A stretch of 62,353 nucleotides of DNA, counting the filler, from Nemertoderma westbladi (taxonomy: Eukaryota; Animalia; Xenacoelomorpha), in assembly GCA_032718475.1 (NCBI GenBank). It is 4 parts of 4 records of this genome, joined end to end, with 100 filler letters (N's around TTAATTAATTAA, not from the genome) between each part and the next. Parts side by side here need not be neighbours in the genome. Positions count along the whole stretch, not along the records: positions 1 to 24,009 come from JAUCBJ010002804.1; 3 more parts are not named here. One strand, written 5' to 3'. A program made the position numbers and the translations under genes. The notes under the pieces were generated by a model. The model was not told the DNA's origin. It did no database searches and saw only the letters and a list, made by a program, of their open reading frames with translations. Positions 1 through 12,430 of this stretch are shown piece after piece. Numbering within the stretch: position 1 is the stretch's first letter; every line of letters begins with the position of its first letter.

Positions 1-2322
1 GAGTGTATGTTTGCCCGTACTTTTGTAGAATGCTTTACCAATTATACCACAATCCATTTGCCACGTATGAGGTGAGTGTATGTTTGCCCGTACTTGTGTA
101 GAAGAATGCTTTGCCAATTATACCACAATCCATTTGCCACGTATGAGGTGAGTGTATGTTTGCCCGTACTTGTGTAGAAGAATGCTTTGCTAATTCATAC
201 CACAATCTATTTTGCTCCACTTACTTTCATATTTTGCCAAGTATGAGGTGAGTGTATGTTTGCCCATACTTGTGTAGAAGAATGCTTTGCTAATTCATAC
301 CACAATCAATTTTGCTCCACTTTCATATTTTGCCATGTATGAGGTGAGTGTATGTTTGCCCGGACTTGTGTAGAAGAATGCTTTGCCAATTCATACCACA
401 ATCCATTTTGCTCCACTTTCATATTTTGTCATGTATGAGGTGAGTGTATGTTTGCCCGTACTTGTGTAGAAGAATGCTTTGCCAATTCATACCACAATCA
501 ATTTGGCTCCACTTTCATATTTTGCCAAGGATGAGGTGAGTGTATGTTTGCCCGTACTTGTGTAGAATGCTTTACCAATTCTTACCACAATCCATTTTGC
601 TCCACTTTCATATTTTGCCATGAATGAGGTGAGTGTATGTTTGGCCGTACTTGTGTAGAAGAATGCTTTGCCAATTCATACCACAATCTATTTTGCTCCA
701 CTTTCATATTTTGCCATTTATGAGGTGAGTGTATGTTTGCCCTTACTTGTGTAGAATGCTTTACCAATTCTTACCACAATCCATTTTGCTCCACTTTCAT
801 ATTTTGCCATGTATGAGGTGAGTGTATGTTTGCCCGTACTTGTGTAGAAGAATGCTTTGCCAATTCATACCACAATCCATTTTGCTCCACTTTCATATTT
901 TGCCAAGGATGAGGTGAGTGTATGTTTGCCCGTACTTGTGAAGAATGCTTTACCAATTCTTACCACAATCCATTTTGCTCCACTTTCATATTTTGCCATG
1001 TATGAGGTGAGTGTATGTTTGCCCGTACTTGTGTAGAAGAATGCTTTGCCAATTCATACCACAATCTATTTTGCTCCACTTTCATATTTTGCCATGTATG
1101 AGGTGAGTGTATGTTTGCCAGTACTTGTGTAGAAGAATGCTTTGCCAATTCATACCACAATCTATTTTGCTCCACTTTCATATTTTGCCATGTATGAGGT
1201 GAGTGTATGTTTGCCCGTACTTGTGTAGAAGAATGCTTTGCCAATTCATACCACAATCCATTTTGCTCCACTTTCATATTTTGCCAAGGATGAGGTGAGT
1301 GTATGTTTGCCCGTACTTGTGAAGAATGCTTTACCAATTCTTACCACAATCCATTTTGCTCCACTTTCATATTTTGCCATGTATGAGGTGAGTGTATGTT
1401 TGCCCGTACTTGTGTAGAAGAATGCTTTGCCAATTCATACCACAATCCATTTTGCTCCACTTTCATATTTTGCCATGTATGAGGTGAGTGTATGTTTGGC
1501 CGTACTTGTGTAGAAGAATGCTTTGCCAATTCTTACCACAATCCATTTTGCTCCACTTTCATATTTTGCCATGTATGAGGTGAGTGTATGTTTGCCTGTA
1601 CTTGTGTAGAATGCTTTACCAATTATACCACAATCCATTTTGCTCCACTTTCATATTTTGCCATGTATGAGGTGAGTGTATGTTTGGCCGTACTTGTGTA
1701 GAAGAATGCTTTGCCAATTCATACCACAATCCATTTTGCTCCACTTTCATATTTTGCCATGTATGAGGTGAGTGTATGTTTGGCCGTACTTGTGTAGAAG
1801 AATGCTTTGCCAATTCATACCACAATCCATTTTGCTCCACTTTCATATTTTGCCATGTATGAGGTGAGTGTATGTTTGGCCGTACTTGTGTAGAAGAATG
1901 CTTTCCCAATTCTTACCACAATCCATTTTGCTCCACTTTCATATTTTGCCATGTATGAGGTGAGTGTATGTTTGCCCGTACTTGTGTAGAAGAATGCTTT
2001 GCCAATTCTTACCACAATCCATTTTGCTCCACTTTCATATTTTGCCATGTATGAGGTGAGTGTATGTTTGCCCTTAATTGTGTAGAAGAATGCTTTGCCA
2101 ATTCATACCACAATCCATTTTGCTCCACTTTCATATTTTGCCATGTATGAGGTGAGTGTATGTTTGGCCGTACTTGTGTAGAAGAATGCTTTGCCAATTC
2201 ATACCACAATCCATTTTGCTCCACTTTCATATTTTGCCATGTATGAGGTGAGTGTATGTTTGCCCGTACTTGTGTAGAAGAATGCTTTGCCAAATCATAC
2301 CACAATACATTTGCTCCACTTT
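1..2322. repeat. Tandem satellite, 96-bp unit (93-bp variants), about 24 copies, runs off the window start
   Basis: Unit gtatgaggtgagtgtatgtttgcccgtacttgtgtagaagaatgctttgccaattcataccacaatccattttgctccactttcatattttgccat; 32-aa periodicity in the ORF track. Confidence 0.97.
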
Positions 2323-3609
2323 AAAGTTTTGCCCTAGTTCATTCATATAATTACTAATTTAATTCTATTAACTATATTAAATAAACACATTATCCATTAT
2401 TCAATTATTATATATCTTAATAGTTATAGCATCTTTGTCATACATTATTACGAAATATATAACTATATATAATACATAATTACATTAAATCTTTTATATA
2501 TATTATAATTAATTTTTATAAATAATTTTAAGGAAAAAAGAAGATACCAAAAATAAAGTCATTTGCATCTTACTACTAGTACAATATGGCAATGATGATT
2601 GATATCTGGTAATGACAATAATGGAAACAATAATGTCACAATTATCTTCATATGAAAATAGTCTCTTACTATCACTGTCATCTATTACGGTCATATGAAG
2701 ATTATTTATTCTGAGCCATATTGATTACTAACTATTTACACATTAAATTTCTTAATGTAGTTATAAATTATTTTTAAGCGCAATATCAATGTGTTGGTAC
2801 AACTTCCTGTTATTTTGCAATTCAATTACCATATATGCAGTATTCCTGTTGACGTTTCTTATGTGTTATATTTCCATACTCGCATTGGCCCAATGTTTCA
2901 TAATACTTCCAATACAACCATGATCATTTGTAGTCCTACTACTTGTCAGTATGTAATTTGTGATGTAATTATTGTTCAATTTATGCGTATATGATATATT
3001 AATTATCCTAGTAAAAATATTAAAAATTCAAAAAAATACATATAATAAATAATATTAAAAATATTAAAATAATTACATTTCAAAATAAATTAATTAGTAT
3101 TAAGCATAGATATATTATTAGGTTTACAGCGTTATGATAGTATTTCTATTTATTTCACCACATTTCATAAACATACCTATTATAGAAAATATATTTTACT
3201 TATTACAATAATATACTTATTAAATTACTATTATAATTTTTGAATATAAAATTAACCGAATCATAATAATTTTTCTGTATAAATCGTGTATCCTAATTAA
3301 AATAAAAAATAATGAATACGTATAATGTAGATTGCATGGATTGCATGGAAATTAAAAACATACATATGTATAATTTTCCATTTATTTTTTAATTTTATGA
3401 TACATATGACCATGACCGACCACCTCAAAGTGTTCTGTAATCACATATGGTATTACACTTTCATATAATGACGTCATATTTCTTGGAATCAGTATATCAC
3501 TGTATGCTTTCCCATTGGGGTAACGGCAATATTTTTTACGTTTTTGTAATGAACATTATTGTAAATTCTACTTTATGCTGCCTCTTTTTATGTGGCAAAA
3601 TATTATATT

Positions 3610-4890
3610 AAAAATCAGTAATATATCATTCATAACTACTTTATAGATTGCTTATTTCTAGTTCTTGACTAAATCAGTACACTAACTAATCATCCTTTTT
3701 AATATAGTAATTAACTTAATTATAGCTCTATGATATTATAAATGATTGGAAATATTTTTGTTATATACATATTATATATACTGCCTATATTAACCACCTG
3801 TATTAAATAAAGATAACTTTATTATATCTATTATAGCGCAGCTCTTTATATCAATAACGATTTGTAATTTATATTTTCATCACATTAATTCAGATACCCT
3901 TTTCAAGCAAGAACTCTAAAATGATAATGTAATTTCAGATTTTAGTGAAACTACAATTGCTATGGCCGAATATAAAATTACCCATTTATATTTCATGTTA
4001 TGCTATATAAATAGCAAAAAATATTCAAATTTATACTTTACGGTGTTGATCACATACATGACCGTATGCTGTTTAATTAAATATATTATCAGTTGTATTC
4101 ACATTATAATATGTGGAATGTATTATTATAAAAAAAAAACAAGGAAAGTATTATATTATAATATTGGGGTGCACCTATTGGTGGTCAGGATGCACTTTGC
4201 AATATGCAGGGTTTTCATTGGGGTGCATTGTTGTTGTAACATTCATTTCATTTCATTTCTTGTTACTGGTGGTTGGGGGGTGGGGTGGTTGATGGGGTGG
4301 CAATGCACCTAGCAATGTTAACCTTGTCAGATCGTGGCAAGTCATATTATATGTCAAAATATACGACATACTGGATGCTCTATGTTATTAAACATAGAGC
4401 TTTTACTCAAAATCCATTTCTGATAGGGCCTTCCTTTCTAGATACTGGATTAAAATAATGGCTTTGTAATATTAACTTGAATTACACATTTAAATGTCTC
4501 GATTTGCAAATTATTCAGATATAGCAATATAATATATAATTTCCCTGAAATGTGAAATTATATTCATTATTTTATAGTTCTTGCTTGAAACGGGTATCGG
4601 AATTGGTATGATAAATATATGAATGACAAATAGTATTATTGATATATTTAGCTGCACTACAATAGTTATAATAAATTATCTTTATTTTCCACAGTTGGTT
4701 ATTATAGCCGATAATTATAATATGTGTATAACTAAAAGATTATCAGTCATTAAAATATCATATCACTATATTTCAGTTAATTGTTATATTAATAATTTCG
4801 ATTATTAGTTTTACTACTGTTGGCTAATTTAGTTAAGAACTCGAAATAAGGTATCTCTGAAATAGTTATTAATGATATATAAATGTTTAT
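3610..4890. repeat. Diverged long inverted repeat (arms ~3610-3975 and ~4505-4890); old foldback/MITE-like
   Basis: gatacccttttcaagcaagaact (~3893) matches the reverse complement of agttcttgcttgaaacgggtatc (~4576); cttatttctagttcttgactaaat (~3651) matches the reverse complement of atttagttaagaactcgaaataag (~4827). Confidence 0.65.
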
Positions 4891-5625
4891 TAATATAATG
4901 TCTTATAACTTATTCAAAAGTTCCACTTTAATTTTCTGCTATGTCAGCTTTGTATATGACTAATTTTTTTGCCAGTCTGAAATAAACATTGTAAACAGAT
5001 TGTGCAATGGGGTACCTTACCTCTCAGGTTTGTTCAGCTGTATCACCCGGGCATGAGGTCACGCTACGCAGTTTACCTGGGCACGGAGTCACGCTGTTCA
5101 CCTGTCTCACCCGGACGCCGGGTCACGCTGTTCACCTGTCTCACCCGGGGGCGGGGTCACGATTATTATTAGGATTCACGATCTAGTCACGATATAGGAC
5201 AAATTATAATAAAAAACAAATAAATAGATAAATTAAAATAAACAAAACATAATAGAAAACAAAGTAAAAAACACTAATAATAAAACCAACATGTGATTTG
5301 TATGCCGGTTCGTCACGTTGTAAAAGTAATACAAACTGCGGTTTGTGTCCGGCCAATTAATGATATATCCTCTTCTAGCATGCTGCACCACGATACACAA
5401 ATCATAATTTATCATGATAAATTTCACCACTTATCTTTTCAAATTTTGTTCTGTAAGTTTAATATTTTTATACTGTTAATTAATATTTAGGACTACTTAT
5501 ATAAATATAAATATTCGAATTACTTTATCAATTATCAATATTTATGTATATAAATAAATATCATTGAAATATAAAAAAAATAATTAATAAACATTAACAA
5601 AAAAGAGAAAAAAAGTAAATATACC

Positions 5626-7254
5626 CAAGTATGAGTTCAGTGTATGTTTGTCCGTACTTGTGTAGAATGCTTTGCTAATTCATACCACAATCCATTTTGC
5701 TCCACTTTCATATTTTGCCATGTATGAGGTGAGTGTATGTTTGTCCGTACTTGTGTAGAATGCTTTGCTAATTCATACCACAATCCATATTAAATTTTTG
5801 CCCAAGTATGAGGTGAGTGTATGTTTGCCCGTACTTGTGTAGAATGCTTTGCTAATTCATACCACAATCCATTTTGGTCCATATTAATATTTTGCCCAAG
5901 TATGAGGTGAGTGTATGTTTGCCCGTACTTGTGTAAAATGCTTTGCTAATTCATACCACAATCCATTTTGATCCATATTAATATTTTGCCCAAGTATGAG
6001 GTGAGTGTATGTTTGCCCGTACTTGTGTAAAATGCTTTGCTAATTCATACCACAATCCATTTTGATCCATATTAATATTTTGCCAAGTATGAGGTGAGTG
6101 TATGTTTGCCCGTACTTGTGTAAAATGCTTTGCTAATTCATACCACAATCCATTTTGATCCACTAAATATTTTGCCAAGTATGAGGTGAGTGTATGTTTG
6201 CCCGTACTTGTGTAAAATGCTTTGCTAATTCATACCACAATCCATTTTGATCCATATTAATATTTTGTCCAAGTATGAGGTGAGTGTATGTTTGCCCGTA
6301 CTTGTGTAAAATGCTTTGCTAATTCATACCACAATCCATTTTGATCCACTAAATATTTTGCCATGTATGAGGTGAGTGTATGTTTGCCCGTACTTGTGTA
6401 AAATGCTTTGCTAATTCATACCACAATCCATTTTGATCCATATTAATATTTTGCCCAAGTATGAGGTGAGTGTATGTTTGCCCGTACTTGTGTAAAATGC
6501 TTTGCTAATTCATACCACAATCCATTTTGATCCATATTAATATTTTGCCCAAGTATGAGGTGAGTGTATGTTTGCCCGTACTTGTGTAAAATGCTTTGCT
6601 AATTCATACCACAATCCATTTTGATCCATATTAATATTTTGCCCAAGTATGAGGTGAGTGTATGTTTGCCCGTACTTGTGTAAAATGCTTTGCTAATTCA
6701 TACCACAATTCATTTTGATCCAATTAATATTTTGTCCAAGTATGAGGTGAGTGTATGTTTGTCCGTACTTGTGTAGAATGCTTTGCTAATTCATACCACA
6801 ATCCATTTTGATCCAATTAATATTTTGTCCAAGTATGAGGTGAGTGTATGTTTGCCCGTACTTGTGTACAATGCTTTGCTAATTCATACCACAATTCATT
6901 TTGATCCAATTAATATTTTGTCCAAGTATGAGGTGAGTGTATGTTTGCCCGTACTTGTGTAAAATGCTTTGCTAATTCATACCACAATCCATTTTGATCC
7001 ATATTAATATTTTGCCCAAGTATGAGGTGAGTGTATGTTTGCCCGTACTTGTGTAAAATGCTTTGCTAATTCATACCACAATCCATTTTGATCCATATTA
7101 ATATTTTGTCCAAGTATGAGGTGAGTGTATGTTTGCCCGTACTTGTGTAAAATGCTTTGCTAATTCATACCACAATCCATTTTGATCCACTAAATATTTT
7201 GCCAAGTATGAGGTGAGTGTATGTTTGCCCGTACTTGTGTAAAATGCTTTGCTA
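5626..7254. repeat. Second array of the same satellite family, ~92-93 bp variant unit, about 17 copies
   Basis: Shares the gtatgaggtgagtgtatgtttgcccgtacttgtgta core; diagnostic segment gatccatattaatatttt replaces gctccactttcatatttt. Confidence 0.97.
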
Positions 7255-8331
7255 AGAAAGTTTCAGACAAATTGCTCAAAAATTATAGAAGTAGTATGGT
7301 TGACGTTGACGTTGGTTTTGAAGTTGACAATTTCATAAAAAAAATATTTGGAGATAATCGACCTTTCATTATACATAGTAATAGTAATTTCAATAGGTCT
7401 CCCTATATGGAAATTGTTATAACTTGAAAACTATAAGAGCTATTAAATAGCGGTTTTCAGATTAGGAAACACCATTTAATCGTGCATTATAATAGACCAT
7501 AAAAAAAAATTTGACATATTTTTAACCAAAATGGTGTACCCCCCCCCCCCCCCCCCCCTTAATAATAAAGAAAGTTAGTTGAGATTATCGATTACGTATA
7601 CGTGTTCTCCAAAATATAAACATCAGGCAATAATATCACCAAATAAACAATGAAACAGTACAAAACAATACAATTCTGGCGGTGACAGCAATAATGCGGT
7701 GCAGTTAATCAGGAGTCAGGTGTATTTTGGTGTATACAAGGGTGAGTTATTTAATGGTGCAATAAGTGTTTGCAGTTGAGTGCAATTACGTAACTTTACA
7801 GTGGTCGATAATTTATGCCACTGTTGTTTCTGGGCCAGCACCATCAGACTGTCTAAACTTAGGCTGCACTAATACTGTACTAAAAGATCAACAAAAAGGT
7901 GAGTCATAGAATTCTCCGAATCCCATTGAAAACTCCAATCACGAGTCAGTAATCCATGCCAGCTGCCCGTAACCCATGGATGCAGTTCCCTATGTAATGG
8001 AACTCTATGGGGAAGGAAAGTGAAAATTGCCCTGATTGGTCGTTTGGATATAACAGGGGCTACTGAGACAAAGAAACCAGGGTTCTGTTAAAGGCATTTG
8101 TGGCGATTCAGAGTCCTATACCTAAACCAAACGAAGCACGGTGTAAGTTTATATGTTCTCAACAACCTTGAGATATTGCTGCGTCTAGAATAGTTCGTGC
8201 ATTGCACAAAAAGATATATTTTTGCCGCAAAATTTTTTACACCGCTCCCAGAAAGTGGGACTTAAGTTTATAAGATATACTAAAGTTACGCTTTCTAATT
8301 AGGAGCCCGCTCAAAGAGCAGTGGTAGTAGT

Positions 8332-8701
<370 letters not shown>

Positions 8702-9013
8702 CGAGCGCAAGAACTAAGGCACAATCCGGGCATACATTCCTTCGTTATAAGAAACAAGTAAAGCAAATAAAACGGTACAGCAGTAGTAGTGTATATTAGG
8801 TTAAATAATACAGTCCTTCATTATATAGTTACACTCACGGTAAACAGCAGTAAAGCAGTAAAGGTCTATGGTAAATGAATCTAAGTCGGCCTGAAGTACC
8901 ACCATCACCAAAGACTAAAGCCACCAGGCAAATATACAGTATATCACCAGAGTATATTAGAACTACAGTATGGCGCAGTCTTACTTTCATTTCTGTTCTT
9001 TGAGTCCTTCAAC

Positions 9014-12000
9014 TTATTTAAGATCATAATCTTGATCACCACGCCACTTCGCCTGAGTCCAACCTGGACACCAGGGATCCAAAGTATCATCAGGCAGGTC
9101 CTGTGAAATGCGATCCTCTTCAGCAGTAGCCACACCAAGTCGATCTGGAGGTCTCCTACGACATGATTGCCGACGGGGAGGTTGATTGGATGGTGGATGA
9201 CCATTCGCAATAGAAGGGAGTTCATCTTTGGGAGAATGACTCGACTTTTCAGATATAGGTTGAATAGCTTCATCTGGGGACTCATCGTCATCTTCAGAGG
9301 AAAGCTGTTGATGAAAATCCCAATCTAGAGATTGATTGGAGCTGAAAATCCTTTCTAATGGGACCTCATATTTGCGAAATCCAAAAGAATTCCCATTGAG
9401 CTTTTGGAGTGTAGCAAGACCTTGAAGAATATCCATCACTATGTAACGATCTCGAGCATGAGTTTTGGAACCTTCAGACTTGATGTAAACTAAATGACCT
9501 TTCTTTACTGAAGCTGCCTCTGCTGGGGGGGCTCCATGGGCCTTGGATCTGGTGCTGTAACTATGATTGTTGGCCTTTTTGAGATCGAGATTGGATGCTA
9601 AAGAGGGATCATCAAAGGAGAAACGCTCTCCAGAGATCTGGTCTCTGCCGAATCCCGAATAAGATTTCTTTGGCCGAAAGACCATTATGGCGTATGCGGG
9701 AATTGAGAGACTCTACTCCGAGGGCAAGTGATAGAGTAGATACAGGACCACCAGATGGATCGAATCGCAATAGTTCACCCTCTAATTCCTGATTGGCTTT
9801 CTCGGCAATTGGATTTTTATTAATATTTTTCACTCTACCAAACTCCAGGAGAATACCATGATCGTTTAATGTAGGGTCATTTTCAAGGGATCTTAAGGAA
9901 GGGGAACCATCTACACGTACAATAGTAGATTTAAATTTAACTGGAATAGAACATGTGATTAAAGCATCACGAAGATCGGAAGCACATTCACTGGGAATAA
10001 CAGCAGCAACAGTGAAAGCCGACAATACATCTCTCATAACAAGAATCTTCTGTTTACTGCGACAGATAACATCTGCAGCAAGGCATTGACCAACAATCTC
10101 TGGGGAGGGAGAGGATGTTTCCTCAAATAGTTCACGAGGATCTTTCTTTAAGGAATTGCAGATCTCACAACTATCGTTGATGGTGTTGATAGTATTGGCT
10201 GAGCCAATTGCATGAAAGTAGCGATTGAAAAGCTTAGATGTTTGTGATTTGGAGGGGTGAAGGAAAAGAGTATGCATGGCTGTTAGTAGACCACATGAAA
10301 TGTCTTTGGGACCAACAATGACTTCCCGGGTAACTAAGAATGGATCCTGACGATGGACAACAACTAAATCGGTGGAATCATTTATTGTTGCTACCCTGAG
10401 ATATTCTTTCAAGTCCCGACCACCTTTATCCTTTTTGTTAGGACGAGAACCATTTTTCAAATGGCCATAGGCCTTCCTGAGAATGGGGCATGCCTGCTGG
10501 GCTGATCGCCATGATGATTTATTATAATAAGGCATACGAATTTTACCATGAAGGACATCTCCAATAGATATGGATCTAATAACAGAATCAGCAATATCAG
10601 AAACAAAACTACAAACTTGACATCCTGCGTACCCACATGAAACAGGGTGTCGAGAGTGATAATCACTAATTGTATTGTCAGACCCTTTGATATGAACAAG
10701 ACTTACAATGAGAGAGCTCAAGATTGTGAGGAAAGTGGATGGATACACGGGCAGATGAAGAAAATTCTCCACGGCATAGTTTCTTCCAAGCATCTACACA
10801 TGGTTGATTATCAGTCAGGATCTGTGTTGTGTGAATACTTTCACGAATAAATTGGCTCCAGTGATGAATGGCTGATCCAATTGCCAGGGCCTCAAATTCA
10901 CAAGGCAACCACTTGACATGATGATCGCACAGTTTGAAGCTGTAAAAGCCACCCAACAGTTTACTTGTGCCACGGGTTATAAAAAGTGTTGCACCTAAAG
11001 CTTTGTGCTCAATTGAGCAAGCAGCATCGACTGAAATGGCTAAGCGATCATTTGGTGTTGGAATTGTGATAGTATTTGGAGAACGCAAAGCATTTTGAAT
11101 TTTCTGAAAGGCAGAATGTAATTCAGGTGTCCAGGAAATATGTGCCTGTCCTGTTAGACCTTTAATACTGTCCTCCAGAGGAGACAACAATGAAGAATAA
11201 CCCTTGATACACCGTGCGATGTCTTGGACAGCTCCAAGAAAAGACTTCATAGCTGTACATGTAGTTGGTGGTGAAACAGCAAAGAGGGGAGAAATTTTGT
11301 GACTACCAATAGATATTGATCCACCTTTCCTAATCCAACCCAATATCGTAGTGGACTTTGGCACTATAACAGTTTTAGGACCTGAAAGTCGAAGATTGTT
11401 ACGGTCGAGTTTATCAAGAAGAAGATCCCAATGAATTAAGAGATCATGAATTGTGTCGCCACCTGTATAACGATCATCAGCTAATTTAATGACAAAGCCG
11501 GCTTGGAGAAAAATCTCCAATAACACGGGAAATTAGTTCGTCCAACCACTCAGATGACCCGGGCATTCCCATGGCTGCCCGGGCATATAAGTGAATGCCC
11601 TTATAAGGAGTGGCTGTACCAAGATAATGCATTGAAGATGGTGCAACTCTTATCTGGAAAAAACTCTTTGTGAGATCACTCTTTATCAGAAACTTAAAGC
11701 ATGCAAGATGGCGTAAGATATCATCACACTTAGTGATAGTTGAAGGAATCAACCTTGTGTATTGTGTAATATTATTAAATGCTGTCACAAACCGTTTTCC
11801 ACCATCGGGTTTGTTAACTAGGAAGCTGGGAGACACACATTGAGGAATTATTCCAACATTCTCTGGTTTGACTAGGACCCCCAGCGCTTCGAGCTTATCG
11901 GCTTCCTCTTGAAGGAGAGATAAATTAGATGAATTGTAAAATGAGATGCGACCTTTGGTGGGGGGAGGTAATACTGGTCCCATATTGATATCAGCCCTAA

Positions 12001-12100
12001 TCCGCCCACTGTAGTCATTGTAGGCACCAATAGATGGATTAAATATATGGTCATATTTAGAAAGAAGAGACTCAACCTGTTTCTTTTGAGAAGAACTGAA
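9014..12100 (-). pseudogene. Gypsy pol (RT, RNase H, integrase), frameshifted
   Basis: RT: SPSFLVNKPDGGKRFV, SDLTKSFFQI, AMGMPGS, LADD; RNase H: SVDAA, CEFEALAI, ILTDNQP; integrase: H..H/C..C zinc finger, AADVI, VRVDG, NPIAEKANQE; split over four ORFs. Confidence 0.92.
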
Positions 12101-12142
12101 GCGCTATGTGAATTCGAACGCCAACTGAGGAGAGATCCGTTT

Positions 12143-12159
12143 TCCCACCCCAGCCACCA
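12143..12159 (-). promoter_or_regulatory. Primer-binding site, tRNA-Leu-like
   Basis: Minus strand TGGTGGCTGGGGTGGGA directly after the 5' LTR; 15/17 to the tRNA-Leu PBS TGGTGGCAGCGGTGGGA as I recall it. Confidence 0.7.
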
Positions 12160-12430
12160 CGCAAGAACTAAGACACAATCCGGGCATACAGTCCTTCGTT
12201 ATAAGAAACAAGTAAAGCAAATAAAACGGTACAGCAGTAGTAGTGTAGGTTAAATAATACAGTCCTTCATTATATAGTTACACTCACGGTACACAGCAGT
12301 AAAGCAGTACAGGTCTATGGTAAATGAATATAAGTCGGCCTGAAATACCACCATCACCAAAGACTAAAGCCACCAGGCAAATATACAGTATATCACCAGA
12401 GTATATTAGAACTACAGTATAGCGTAGTAG

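Noticed and set aside
35-2305. Repeated 32-aa ORFs containing GKAF, suggestive of a C2H2 zinc-finger array
   Set aside because: Period is 96 bp rather than 84, there is no CxxC/HxxxH spacing, and stops recur; these are satellite translations
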